A stretch of 64,000 nt of DNA. Source: a virus. The stretch spans positions 1 through 64,000 of the IMG/VR virus record IMGVR_UViG_3300031541_000012; one strand, 5' to 3'. Position numbers and translations under genes: made by a program. Below, in pieces: positions 1 to 10,460 of this stretch. Within the stretch, counting starts at the first letter, position 1. Every line of letters starts with the position of its first letter. The notes beneath the pieces are model-generated. The model did not search any database. It was not told the DNA's origin and was given only the letters and a program-made list of their open reading frames with translations.

Positions 1-1
1 A

Positions 2-319
2 AACGAGCAAGGTGTAATGTGGGACCAGACAAACATGTCAGCCAAGAAGCGACGCAAAATTCTCAATCGCTTTGACAATCGTTATCGCAAGGAATGTGTT
101 TGCATCCTGCCTCCCTTCACTGCGGATCAGCAGTTGGAATTGGAGCGCCGTTTAGCCAACCGTCCTGGCAAAGAAATCCCTGATCACGTGATGCGCGGTA
201 TGCTTGAAGGCTTTGACCTGCCCAGCACTAATGAAGGGTTTAACCGCATCCTCTACTTTGATCTTGACGGCAGAATGGTTGAACGTAACCAAGCCGAGGA
301 GCTCTTCGGAAAAGGATAA
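2..319 (+). CDS. P-loop kinase (AAA_33/polynucleotide kinase-like), 5'-truncated by window edge
   Basis: WDQTNxSxKKR, LERRLANR lid and EGF tail typical of phage AAA_33 kinases; frame is open to the window start. Confidence 0.65.
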   Translation, partial: NEQGVMWDQTNMSAKKRRKILNRFDNRYRKECVCILPPFTADQQLELERRLANRPGKEIPDHVMRGMLEGFDLPSTNEGFNRILYFDLDGRMVERNQAEELFGKG

Positions 320-324
320 TCAAT

Positions 325-394
325 AGAACTGAGCTAACGGGTCGCAGTTCAGTTCTTCATATCTTGTCGACCCAGTTTATGAGAGGAAAACTCT
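325..394 (+). ncRNA. candidate H-type pseudoknot 5' leader of SPFH gene
   Basis: S1 AGAACTGAGCT(325-335)/AGTTCAGTTCT(346-356); loop GGGTCG(339-344) complementary to CGACCC(368-373). Confidence 0.5.
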
Positions 395-1806
395 ATGCGA
401 ACTCCACGTATGCCCGAACCGGGCAAAATTGTGTTCTATGTGTTCAGTACCATTCTCGCTCTGATTATGGCATTTGGCACCTGGTTCACGACTGAACTGG
501 GCTATAACTATATCGTCCAGAACACACTGACTGGTTCCACCAGCTTCTACAGCGACGCCGGAACCCATTTCAAGATGCCGTTCTTCACGCGCATTCACCA
601 GTACAAGCAAGCTGCAACGATCAACTTCAGCGGTAATGCACAAACTGGTGTTGAAGCAGATTCTGGCCAATTTACCCGCCTTGAACCTGCGATCTCTGTG
701 ACTTTTGCAGACACCTATAGCGGTGACGTTCCTGTCAACTTCCGTTTCCGTCTGCCACGCGACGAAGATTCCATGCTCAAGATCACGAGGAATTCCGTTC
801 CTTTGATAACCTTGTGGATGCCTTGCTCACCAAAAATGCGCGTGACGTGACTGTGATCACTGCTACGCAATATACTGGTGAAGAGTTCTTCCAGGGTGGT
901 GTCAACCAATACAAGGTACAATTGACTGACCAGTTGCGCGACGGTATCTACGAAACTCGCCGCACACAGGTTGTCGTGGAAGACACAACCATTGCTGCCG
1001 TATCCACGGAGAACCGCGATGCCAACCGTCTTGAAGAGACGCAGCGTAAGATCTGGAAAAACGTTATCCAGACTGACCGCGATGGCAACCCGCGCCGCCT
1101 GGAAAGCCCGCTTGAAGAGTACGGCATTGCTGCTACCCAGGTCACCATTGGTAAGCCTGATCCAAGCCCACGTCTAGAGTCCTTGCTGGATAACAAGCGT
1201 GAGCTGGTTGCGACACGTATTGCTGCTATTGAACAACTGCAAACCGCAGAAGCACAAGCGCAGGCTGTCCAGCAGCAGGAAGAGATCGAAAAGCGCCGTC
1301 TGACTCAGATCGCACAGCGTGAAAAAGACCTCGCCGTTATTGCTGCACAACAGCAAGTCGCAGTTGCACAGGAAGAAGCCCGCAAGCAAGAAGTCGAGCG
1401 TGAGCGCGACAAAAACCTTGCAGCTATTGACAAGCAACGTGAACTTGAAATTGCTGAAGCAAACCGCGACATTCAGGAAGCTAACGCCCTGGCCGCTGAG
1501 TTTGAGGCGCAAGCCCTACTTGAAGTTGGTCTCGCAGAAGCTGAAGTTGAGCGCGCCAAGCTCGAAGCAAAACAAGCCGCAAGTGACATCTATATGGCAG
1601 AAATCCAGCGTGACATTGCTCGCGTGATGTATCCTGCACTTGATGGCGTTACAATCGACATGCCTGACTTCTACGCCGGTGGCGGTGAAGGTGCAGCGCC
1701 AAACAGCCTGGAAGTGTTCACCACCCTTGGTGCGCTTGAGCAGATCCAGCAGCGCACTGGCACAGCTAACGATAACATGGGACCGGTGGCCGTACAGGTC
1801 AAGTAA
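395..1806 (+). CDS. SPFH/band-7 (flotillin-like) membrane protein, split by a 1-nt frameshift near 783
   Basis: N-terminal TM, band-7 domain and AE-rich coiled coil; ORFs 395..850 and 814..1806 join as KI-HEEFRSFDNLVDALL if one C is restored. Confidence 0.8.
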
Positions 1807-1823
1807 CCCAGTAACATAAGAAC

Positions 1824-1848
1824 AAAAAGGGCCTACGGGCCCTTTTTT
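1824..1848 (+). terminator. intrinsic terminator
   Basis: AAAAAGGGCC-TACG-GGCCCTTTTTT. Confidence 0.9.
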
Positions 1849-1860
1849 CATGAATAGAGC

Positions 1861-1910
1861 TTGACAACCCAAGGCGTGTTGCTTATATTGTTATGGTAAG
1901 CAAAAGGAGA
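1861..1910 (+). promoter_or_regulatory. conserved early promoter repeat, copy 1
   Basis: TTGACA-17nt-TATATT followed by GTAAGCAAAAGGAG. Confidence 0.9.
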
Positions 1911-1916
1911 TATGAC

Positions 1917-3608
1917 ATGGGTTATGTAGTTTACAACAAAGAAACGACGCGGCTGCTCAATACCAGGAACTATGCCACTGAGCGGGCTGCAAAGGCTGGT
2001 TTGACTCGTGCTGTCAACGCCGACAACACCATGATCCGCGCAGAATATGCGATTGCTGAAAGCAATGAATTCTACAGCAACATCGAAAAGACTGTCACCC
2101 GTACCAACTTGCTGAGCGGCAAGGAGTATCAGGAGAGCGTTAACACGCCCAGCTACTGCTCGCCGAGCTCAGAAGCTTACTGGAGCATGTGATATGACTG
2201 CAAACGCTGCAAAAAAGATGGGCCGCCGTAAAGCTGGAAGCTACGGCCGCCCTGGCAGCAAAATGCAAAAACGCGCCGCGAGCAAAGGTGTTCGTGTTGC
2301 CCGCAAAAAGGAAGTTTGATATGAAAGTATGGGCCGTAAGAGTAAACGCTGACATGACTGAGGGACGTGGTCCAATGGTCATTTGTCAGCTTTTCGAAAA
2401 CAAGGATCAAGCAGATGAATGGGCAATGTCACAAGAGCCTTATGGCTATGTGAATCAATTTACCAAGGTTGAGTCCATGCAAGTGCTTGACTTTGATGCA
2501 GCGAATGAGCTCCTGGAACTGAATTCCAAACGCGGGCAACTCAAGGCCAAACGGCGTGAGTTAGAGGCAGAACTCAAAGAGATTGATAAGCAGATTCGAG
2601 GTCTGGATTCATGATCGCCAAAGTGGTAGCAAGCCCGTTGGGCTTCTATGCATTTGTTGCTTATGGTCCTGGTAATTTGGCTGACGCATTTGGTCAACGA
2701 CATGATACAAAAGAACAAGCTGAGGATGATATTGATTCTATCTTCGCTATCCTCGACGTTGACAACAATCGTGAGTCTGCTATTATGGCAGCAAGGAGTA
2801 TTTAATGAGCTATCATGCAATTGGAAAAGATCGTTGGGAAGAACTACCCAACATCTTCTTGGACACAGAGCTTGCTGAGACCCTCGAGGGAGGCGAGCGT
2901 TTTTGGGCCTATTCGTATATGTTCCCAAGCACCGCACAGCCAGGCGCAACTTGTCACATGGAGGCTGGCATCAGCTACAGCAAGCTGACTGGACTGTTTA
3001 CCAAATACGTTAAAAGTGAAGGAGTGATTCGCGATGGAGCGTAGCACAGACGGTAACGTGTTTATGTTTAGCTTCAGCCAAGAAGGCTTTGAAGCTATCG
3101 TGAACCTCACTGAGCTCGACGAACAGTATGTCATGGCCAAGATGGCTGATGAAAAACTCCCACAGACTGTTGATTCATTGCTGCACATGGTCAGAATTCG
3201 TGCATCAATGAATCAGCACCGTCGCATGGAAGTTTGGCTTGCCAAACTTGATGACAGCTGGACAGACGACGAGCTGTTGGCAATGGCTGATGAAGATCCG
3301 CAGATGGTTGCAAACTTGGCTCGTATGGGCGAATGGCATGCCGGATTCGATCCGCGCCGTGCACAGAGGGCAGTGATTGAATGAAACTGACTGAACCATC
3401 CGTGGCGGCTATACCATTAGTTGACGGAATGTACTGCCTTTGGTTTCCTAGCAATCTTGAAGCAATAGAGGCTTTGGCTGATATCGCAGAAATCGAATCG
3501 ATCACTGAACAACCAACCTTTATCAAACTCATGATGGGTATGGAACGCGGCTGGGGATTTCATGATCACGAGCAAGGCTTTATTGCAAAATGCGCGGTGG
3601 GCGGATGA
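1917..3608 (+). CDS. operon of small hypothetical early proteins (1917-2192, 2194-2319, 2321-2614, 2611-2805, 2805-3044, 3034-3384, 3381-3608)
   Basis: tightly packed or overlapping ORFs behind an early promoter. Confidence 0.7.
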
Positions 3609-3808
3609 AAATCGAACCATTTTACAATCCTCATGATCATAAAATTATCACTATCGATAGTGATACCATGGAAGACGTAGTGTCGGACTTTAGTAAGTAT
3701 GGCATCACTAATAACCATTATGAAATCAAATATTTCTATCAGTGCGGTTATACGCTATGGTTACGATCAACTGAGTCTCAAATTATAGCAAAATTGATAT
3801 ACGGCTGA
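3605..3808 (+). CDS. small protein, C-terminal KL-motif family
   Basis: ends ESQIIAKLIYG*. Confidence 0.7.
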   Translation: MKIEPFYNPHDHKIITIDSDTMEDVVSDFSKYGITNNHYEIKYFYQCGYTLWLRSTESQIIAKLIYG

Positions 3809-3825
3809 GAAAGTCGAAAAAAATA

Positions 3826-3875
3826 TTGACAAACCAAGACACATTGCTTATATTATAAGAGTAAGCAAAGGAGAT
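3826..3875 (+). promoter_or_regulatory. conserved early promoter repeat, copy 2
   Basis: TTGACAAACCAAGACACATTGCTTATATT...GTAAGCAAAGGAG. Confidence 0.9.
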
Positions 3876-3882
3876 ATACAAA

Positions 3883-4340
3883 ATGCCTTTTACTGTTGAA
3901 GCAAACGTTACTGTTGACCCCAACTCGCGCAGTGCCACTGCAAAGGGCCTGGTAGAATACATTACACGTGACATGCGCCACAAGGCTGGTTTCCCTGAGC
4001 GTTCCACCTCGCCCACCAGCAACTTGGTTGGACAGGAAGAACTGCGGGCCGTGACCAAGCTGGTTGGCTACCTGGACGGCAGCGAGTACTTCTAATGGCT
4101 ACCAACTATTACATCCGTGAGGGCTTCACAGCCGAAGCCCTCCTGCTTCAATCGCAAATGTTGGAAAGCCAGTTGCGTGAAATCGGAACGCTTTACAATG
4201 GTGAGGCCGAAGAGCCTCTTTCCACAGTTCAAAAACTTGCTCGTGACAATCATCGCGAAGGCTACGAATACGCCGAACAGATTCATGATCTCTACGCAGA
4301 GATCGGCGCCATTATGGAGGCGCAGGAACAACTCAGTTAA
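3883..4340 (+). CDS. two small early proteins (3883-4095, 4095-4340)
   Basis: SD GGAG; TAATG coupling; bounded by promoter and terminator. Confidence 0.75.
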
Positions 4341-4364
4341 TCCTTGCTTACACTTGGATAACTT

Positions 4365-4391
4365 GGCGCCCCTTCGGGGGCGTCCTTTTTT
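4365..4391 (+). terminator. intrinsic terminator
   Basis: GGCGCCCC-TTCG-GGGGCGTC then T run. Confidence 0.9.
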
Positions 4392-4392
4392 C

Positions 4393-4427
4393 TTGACTCC
4401 GTGAAAAAACCAAAATAGATTGGTGCT
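4393..4427 (+). promoter_or_regulatory. sigma70-type promoter, probably leaderless
   Basis: TTGACT-17-TAGATT, ATG 6 nt after -10. Confidence 0.6.
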
Positions 4428-4661
4428 ATGATACACGCCATTGAAATAGAGCATCCGGATATCAAAGCATTCCTCCGTTTCATGAAGGAGCATCATGATG
4501 ATGTTGATTTTAAATCCATGAACGGATCTGTATACAATCGTTTTAAAATGCGAGAGGGAAGTAACCCGCCTGTTATTTGGAATACCCTATACAATAAGCT
4601 GATTTTGTTCCATGACAGAACTACTTTTGAATGGGTGGAGATGTCGTGGCTGAGATGTTAA
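4428..4661 (+). CDS. small protein, divergent KL-motif family member
   Basis: ends LILFHDRTTFEWVEMSWLRC. Confidence 0.55.
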   Translation: MIHAIEIEHPDIKAFLRFMKEHHDDVDFKSMNGSVYNRFKMREGSNPPVIWNTLYNKLILFHDRTTFEWVEMSWLRC

Positions 4662-4704
4662 AGGATGAATTTGTAGATCCAAGAGGACCCATAAGCGTAG
4701 CGTC

Positions 4705-5262
4705 ATGACAACAATACTGCAACATATCCAAGACCGTCATGTTGACACCAACCTCCACTATGTGTGGATGGATGAAGCTGAACGTGTGGCCAAGTTTCCA
4801 CTGTGGAACTTGAGCGGACAGATGGTCGGCTATCAGGCGTATCGTCCTGATGCGGATAAGGTGCAGAAGAACGACACTAAGGGGCGTTACTACACATACC
4901 GTGGTGAGAAGCTCATCCCCAAGCACTCTAAGAGCGTGACAGTGTGGGGGTTGGAATCTTGGCGCCGTAGCACTACCTTGTTCGTGACAGAAGGCATCTT
5001 TGACGCTGCTCGTCTTACTGAACTAGGCGCAAGTGCTGTGGCAGTGCTCAGCAACGACCCTAGCACCAGCACCAAGAACTGGCTGCTCTGTGTACGACAG
5101 ATGCGCCCGGTGGTTGCTGTCTGTGACCCGGACCGTGCTGGTTATAAGCTAGCTAAGGTTGGACACTTTGCACACACCGTGCAGTTGCCCAACGATCCTG
5201 ACGGTGACTTGGGCGATGCTGATGAACAATATGTAAGGGATCTGCTTAAATGGTACAGCTAA
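4705..5262 (+). CDS. stand-alone Toprim (primase-like) domain protein
   Basis: FVTEGIFDA, VCDPDRAG, D-L-G-D motifs. Confidence 0.8.
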   Translation: MTTILQHIQDRHVDTNLHYVWMDEAERVAKFPLWNLSGQMVGYQAYRPDADKVQKNDTKGRYYTYRGEKLIPKHSKSVTVWGLESWRRSTTLFVTEGIFDAARLTELGASAVAVLSNDPSTSTKNWLLCVRQMRPVVAVCDPDRAGYKLAKVGHFAHTVQLPNDPDGDLGDADEQYVRDLLKWYS

Positions 5263-5611
5263 CCAAACTACAACAGCAGACCCTTACTAACCTCGTGGAC
5301 GGTGTAGGGCTTGTTGATGGGCGGGATCTATGCACAGTCTAGAAAAGAAAGGCCTAGTACGCAAAGGCCAGCCCCAGAACGCCGCCGGCATCATCTAGGT
5401 CGACTATGTTACACGCCACAAGTTCATATACCAAGTCAGCGCGATATCAACACTTGGAAAGGTCACACACTGGAAGTTCATGAAGGACCGGCTGATCAAA
5501 TCGAAGGACATGGCGGCACCTGGACACGGGCGCTCCAGGCTTCCTATCGATTCGATCTCTACAAGCTGATGATCTACCTCCGCGATATCAGAACATTAAT
5601 ACAAGCGTATT

Positions 5612-5914
5612 ATGGACCGTAAATGGGAGCCGTTTTTCAATAATGCTTATGAGTATCGAGACACACGTGATCCCAGTCAATTTGACAGAGTATTCTATCG
5701 TGATGCCCTGGCAGATGCGATGAGAAAATATGACGACGTCCACTATACAGGTGATATGCTGCATAAATGGGCAGATGATCTTTATGAAAGTCATGGCTTT
5801 CCTGATACTTGGATAACAGGATACACAGTTACCTTCAAGTATAGTTTCCAGTTAATGGTAGCGGCTATTATAGCCGCTGTTCACACGGAACTTTATTACA
5901 GAAGTAAAAGTTGA
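5612..5914 (+). CDS. hypothetical protein
   Basis: 100 aa ORF. Confidence 0.6.
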   Translation: MDRKWEPFFNNAYEYRDTRDPSQFDRVFYRDALADAMRKYDDVHYTGDMLHKWADDLYESHGFPDTWITGYTVTFKYSFQLMVAAIIAAVHTELYYRSKS

Positions 5915-5940
5915 CTCTTGAGTAAAATCTGAGTATAATA
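5912..5940 (+). promoter_or_regulatory. sigma70-type promoter
   Basis: TTGACT-17-TATAAT. Confidence 0.75.
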
Positions 5941-5963
5941 CCACTATAATAGAGGAACCTGAC

Positions 5964-6254
5964 ATGAAAGTTCTACAACATCCGCCTACCGAGGAAAATT
6001 GGTCAGTCAAAGTTTACTGCACTGGTTTCGGACATGGCGAAGAAGGTTGTAACGCACGTCTTAAGGTCTATCGTGAAGATCTGCGCTACATGCCATTCAC
6101 TGACGATAAAGAGCAGGCAGTCACATTCAAGTGCATTTGCTGCGGTCAACTGACTGACTTGGGTGAAATGTATTATCCGCTCCACTACAAAGATCTCAAG
6201 CCCTACAAGCGCAAGTGGTTGAAGAATGCAGACGCGACTGACACTAGCGAGTGA
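5964..6254 (+). CDS. putative zinc-ribbon protein
   Basis: C...GC and CxCC motifs; SD GAGG. Confidence 0.55.
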   Translation: MKVLQHPPTEENWSVKVYCTGFGHGEEGCNARLKVYREDLRYMPFTDDKEQAVTFKCICCGQLTDLGEMYYPLHYKDLKPYKRKWLKNADATDTSE

Positions 6255-6522
6255 GGATGAGATCAAACAAACACGCGAGAATGTTCTTGCTTGGTTGGTT
6301 GAAAACGATTACCCAGGGTATGGACACGTCCGTCCCATGTTGGAATTTACACTTAATCTTAATGGACTCGTAAATACGAGTCCAAGACGGAGGAAATTTA
6401 ATGTTTGCATTTCTTTGTTGTGCAGTGGGAGGCTACGGCGCAGGACACTATTATGTGCGACGTGATTGGTTCATGTTTAGTATGTGTGCCTTGCTCGCCA
6501 TCGTTGGATTGGTGATGCCGGT

Positions 6523-6903
6523 ATGAGCAAGCTACCTTACTCAGGACAGACGAGCGCCTATGAGCACAAGCACGGAGACGCTTGGAAAGAAACAACCGGA
6601 GCAGGCAAGCCAGCTGTTCGTGATGTCAAACTGATTGAAGCGCAGTGGACCAACATGCCCATCGAAGTTGAACGCGATGTTGTTGCATTGTGGTATCACC
6701 TTGAATATGGTAATGACGATTACTACTGGCACGGTTCGTTAGACGGCGTTCGTGAATATGGCAAATCAGGCAACTGCGTTAACCGTGAATTCAACGGAAA
6801 AGAATGGGTGGAAGAAGTCAACAACCTTGAGTATCTCATTCAATGATTGGAAGAACAAGGCTTCCAAGAGAATGAACGATTTTTACTTCATTGGTGGTGG
6901 TGA
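6523..6903 (+). pseudogene. hypothetical protein with in-frame TGA at 6844 (probable Trp)
   Basis: YLIQ*LEEQGFQENERFLLHWWW*. Confidence 0.5.
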
Positions 6904-6950
6904 TATTTATCATTCGGCTCATCTTGATGATTTATAATATGAATAAAATG

Positions 6951-6980
6951 AACGGCTGGCTTTGGCTGGGCCGTCTTTTT
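6951..6980 (+). terminator. probable intrinsic terminator
   Basis: ACGGC...GCCGT stem followed by CTTTTT. Confidence 0.6.
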
Positions 6981-7001
6981 GTTTATTATTGGTCTTTAGG
7001 C

Positions 7002-7049
7002 TTGACAACCATGACATCTTGCTTATATTAATACTGTAAGCAGAGGAGG
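7002..7049 (+). promoter_or_regulatory. conserved early promoter repeat, copy 3
   Basis: TTGACA...TTGCTTATATT...GTAAGCAGAGGAGG. Confidence 0.85.
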
Positions 7050-7055
7050 TCGGCA

Positions 7056-7412
7056 ATGCCATCAAAATCGCAAAAAGCAAAGATCCGCGCCTATGCTAAC
7101 GGACAGCGTCGATGCTATTGTGGCGTCCAACTCAATTGGACTGGCAGACATTCCAACAGTGCAACGTTTGAGCATCTGGTCCCCAGAAGCCAAGGCGGTA
7201 CTTGGGCCAAAGAAAATGGCATGATTGTTTGCTCTAAGTGTAATGAAAAACGTGCCAACCGGTGCTGGATCAAATATGTCAATGAGACCAATCCTCCCAA
7301 AAAGGAATGGCTGATACAGAAATACCTGGAAGCCGTCCTACACCAACATATGAAAGGATACGATCTAAAAATTCGCCGCAAGGTGATTGATCGTGCAATA
7401 AGAGAATGTTAA
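7056..7412 (+). CDS. HNH endonuclease
   Basis: CYCG...TFEHLVPRSQGG...N...CSKCNEKR. Confidence 0.85.
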   Translation: MPSKSQKAKIRAYANGQRRCYCGVQLNWTGRHSNSATFEHLVPRSQGGTWAKENGMIVCSKCNEKRANRCWIKYVNETNPPKKEWLIQKYLEAVLHQHMKGYDLKIRRKVIDRAIREC

Positions 7413-7816
7413 CTGAACCGCGGTTACTCGTAACATATCTATACCTACGCTTAGGTGAGCAGATGCCAGAGGACGCTCCTGACGAGTGGTTCTTGCAGCC
7501 TGATCCCTTTGCGATAGATATCAACCGTGTCGAACGTTTCATTGAATGCACTGAAGCTCTGCTTGTACAGTTGCAAGAGCTTGTGCTCAATGAGGCGGAG
7601 CCTGCGTCTCCACAGTATATGACCTTGGTCTATGATGCTGCAAAGGAGACTTTTGATCACGACCGCACTCAGCTGCGCACCTACTTTGCTTGGTTGTACC
7701 TTGTGGTATTCCAACGCGATGAGGGTCCGCGTTGGGGCGACTTTATTGACGTTTACGGCGTTGACAACTTTGTTTCACATGTGCGATCACGGTTCGCATC
7801 ACTACTAGGAGTCTAA
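7406..7816 (+). CDS. stand-alone class I lysyl-tRNA synthetase anticodon-binding-like domain
   Basis: VYDAAK...RTYFAWLYLVVFQRDEGPRWGDFIDVYG resembles LysRS-I C-terminus (F..LY..L.G...GPR.G.F...YG). Confidence 0.65.
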   Translation: MLTEPRLLVTYLYLRLGEQMPEDAPDEWFLQPDPFAIDINRVERFIECTEALLVQLQELVLNEAEPASPQYMTLVYDAAKETFDHDRTQLRTYFAWLYLVVFQRDEGPRWGDFIDVYGVDNFVSHVRSRFASLLGV

Positions 7817-7817
7817 A

Positions 7818-8093
7818 ATGACCACACCTTTGTCAGAATGTTATGTCACCCTCAAGTGGGGTACACTGAAATCCTGGAAGCTTGGCGCTCCTGAGCTAAA
7901 GCCTCTCATTGAAGAGTACAATGAGGAAGGCGCAAGCATCAGCGGAATGATGCAGCGTGATACTCCTCGCCAAAAGGAAATCATCTGTGAGATGATCGAC
8001 ATGATTGGTAAGGACGTTTACCTTGACTGGGATGGTGAATATGTCAGCCCAGAAGACGCCAAGAAATATGTGATGGAATATGGATCTGATTAA
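7818..8093 (+). CDS. hypothetical protein
   Basis: SD AGGAG; 91 aa. Confidence 0.7.
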   Translation: MTTPLSECYVTLKWGTLKSWKLGAPELKPLIEEYNEEGASISGMMQRDTPRQKEIICEMIDMIGKDVYLDWDGEYVSPEDAKKYVMEYGSD

Positions 8094-8170
8094 GCTACAT
8101 AGGGCAAGTTAGTTCAACAAGGTGATTACTTTTTTTGGTAAGAAAACCTGGGTAATCCGAGTCAAAATGG

Positions 8171-8220
8171 TTGACAAACCAAGATGTATTGCTTATATTC
8201 GTAGGGCAACAAAGGAGATA
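8171..8220 (+). promoter_or_regulatory. conserved early promoter repeat, copy 4
   Basis: TTGACAAACCAAGATGTATTGCTTATATT...AAAGGAG. Confidence 0.9.
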
Positions 8221-8223
8221 GAC

Positions 8224-8993
8224 ATGACACAGATTTTGACAAACGACGAAGCAATGCTTGCCGCCGCTCACCAGAGCGCACAAGCTGAAGCAAACCGTGG
8301 AGCACAGGCATTTCTAGACCAATATTTTGGTGGCGAAGACGGTGGTGCATGTGGTTTTGCATGGGTTACATATTACCCTAAAAACAAAGGCAACACCAAG
8401 CTTGGCAAAATGGAGCGCAAGCTGATCGAAGCTGCTGGTTTCCGCAAAAACTGGACTGGAAAAGCTTGGGAGCTCTGGAACCCTGCAGATCATCGCTGCC
8501 AGAGTGTTGATGCCAAATATGCTGGCGCCTGTGCCTACGCTGATCGCTTTTACGCTATCACTGGTGTCAAGCTGATCCCAGGCGAGCGTTTGGACTAATG
8601 GGCAAACTCTCCGATATGATGACTGGGTTCCGCTGGCAATTTCCCGGCGGAGCCGAAAGCTCTATGCGTATGGTGATTCGCCAGATCAACGAGAACCCAC
8701 GCATGAGCAAAGCGCAGAAGCGTGAAATGATTGAGTCAGTTGTTTACATGGCAGGGCACATTTGTTCTGATGTCGCTGGATTGATCAATCAAGAATACAG
8801 TTCTGCGCATAGCAGCGGACTCAAATGGATGAAGTGGCAATTCAGTGATGACGAACCAGGTTGGTTCCTCAAAACGTTCTTTGCCGAGCCACTGCGCCGG
8901 CTGCGCATGAACCAAACTCTCCAGGACGAGAGATTGGTACACAATGTGAATCGCCGAATCCGCGACACATTGGACCAAATTGAAGGTAACTAA
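8224..8993 (+). CDS. two hypothetical early proteins (8224-8598 with GACGFAWV motif; 8598-8993)
   Basis: SD and TAATG coupling. Confidence 0.75.
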
Positions 8994-9300
8994 ATTACAT
9001 CGTGACAGAACGAAACTACCCAGAAGAGCGTGAGGCTCTTGTCCGCGATTTACGCAAGCTGGTATTGAACTATGAGGGTCCCATTGAGGAGAGCCCTCAT
9101 TATTCACAACTGGCCAGGCTGTTGGTCAGTGAATGTATCATTGACCAAAAACGCTTTCCGTCGAATCGTTGACCTGGAATAACTGTAGCTATAATCAAAC
9201 TGCCAGTTATCCACTGATTTTACTGCATTGTTACAAGAATATGTTGTTTTCCTTGAGGAAAACACTTGATTTTTGTTGATTGTATATGCATTTTTTTTTG

Positions 9301-9350
9301 TTGACATACCAAGACACTTTGCTTATAGTATAAGAGTAAGCAAAGGAGAT
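9301..9350 (+). promoter_or_regulatory. conserved early promoter repeat, copy 5
   Basis: TTGACATACCAAGACACTTTGCTTATAGT...GTAAGCAAAGGAG. Confidence 0.9.
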
Positions 9351-9355
9351 AACAC

Positions 9356-9867
9356 ATGTCGCAGCAAGTAGCACAAACCATTCTCGACCAACTCGGCGGA
9401 CGCCAGTTTTTGATGATGATTGGTGGCAAAAATCTTGTAGCACTGAGCAGCGACGGTGGACTTGCCCTCCAGTTTGGCACTGGTGCCAAAAACAAAGCTA
9501 ACCGTATGCGTGTTGAATACGACTACGGTAGCGACACTTACAACGTTGAATTTGGTAAAATCCGCAAGCTTGGGTGGAACACAGTTTCGCGTCATGAAGG
9601 CATTTATGCTGACATGCTGCAAGAGCTGTTTACCGCTGAGACTGGCTTTTACACTTCCCTGCGCTAAGGAGAGCACACATGACTACCACTTTTACCTTTA
9701 CCGCTGGTGACAAACAATTCACCACTCAAGCTGACAATTTTGTGTCAGCGATGGACAAAGCCAACCGCGAGTTTCTCGACGTTGAGGGCATTGATCGTGT
9801 GGGCGCGTGGAATGATGGCGTTACGCCCAACACGTTCTACTGGACTGCTGGCAACTTCTTCGACTGA
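9356..9867 (+). CDS. two hypothetical early proteins (9356-9667, 9679-9867)
   Basis: strong SDs; first begins VAQTILDQLGG. Confidence 0.75.
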
Positions 9868-9868
9868 T

Positions 9869-10429
9869 ATGACCAACTTCGTCCTGCCGTCCGTTTTCAA
9901 TGAACGTCCTACACGTTCTCAGATAAAGCTGTTGCCTGGCATTGAAATGCCAGGTGTTGCAACCAAGGTTGCACGTAACATCTACATTCGCTGCCGCATT
10001 GCAGAAGCACAGAACTGGCGTTGCTGCTGGTGTGGTACAGAGTGCCGCCCAGAGCCGGACTTCCCCAACAGTGCAACGATTGAGCATATCCATCCGCGAA
10101 GTCTTGGCGGTGTTGATCATAGGATTGAAGAAGATCCCTATGAGAATTATGCTATGGCTTGCAACCGTTGCAACCACCGTCGTGGCACACTCAGCATTGA
10201 AGATTTCATGGCTGGCAAAGTTGCTGTTGGCGATGGTGAAACTGCAAAGCGCAACCAACACGAGCGCAATCAGAATCGTCGCTTCAACAAATACGTCCGC
10301 AAGGTCAGCAAGTTCAACGCAACTGGCTGGACACGGGCGGGCAAGCCTTACTGTCCTGAGCAGTGGTTGAGTGATTTGAAGATCACTGACTGCCGCCGTG
10401 ACAAACTGCGCAAGCTAATTGCTGCTTGA
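9869..10429 (+). CDS. HNH endonuclease
   Basis: QNWRCCWCG...TIEHIHPRSLGG...N.AMACNRCN. Confidence 0.85.
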   Translation: MTNFVLPSVFNERPTRSQIKLLPGIEMPGVATKVARNIYIRCRIAEAQNWRCCWCGTECRPEPDFPNSATIEHIHPRSLGGVDHRIEEDPYENYAMACNRCNHRRGTLSIEDFMAGKVAVGDGETAKRNQHERNQNRRFNKYVRKVSKFNATGWTRAGKPYCPEQWLSDLKITDCRRDKLRKLIAA

Positions 10430-10460
10430 CAAATCACAACCAATCACATAGAGTGATTAC
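10426..10460 (+). promoter_or_regulatory. sigma70-type promoter, probably leaderless
   Basis: TTGACA-17-TAGAGT, ATG 6 nt after -10. Confidence 0.65.

Noticed and set aside
5250-5622. ORF 5311-5622 as a clean gene
   Set aside because: Coding signal appears to switch frames (start about 5250, LEKKGLV frame, internal TAG); it could not be reconstructed reliably.
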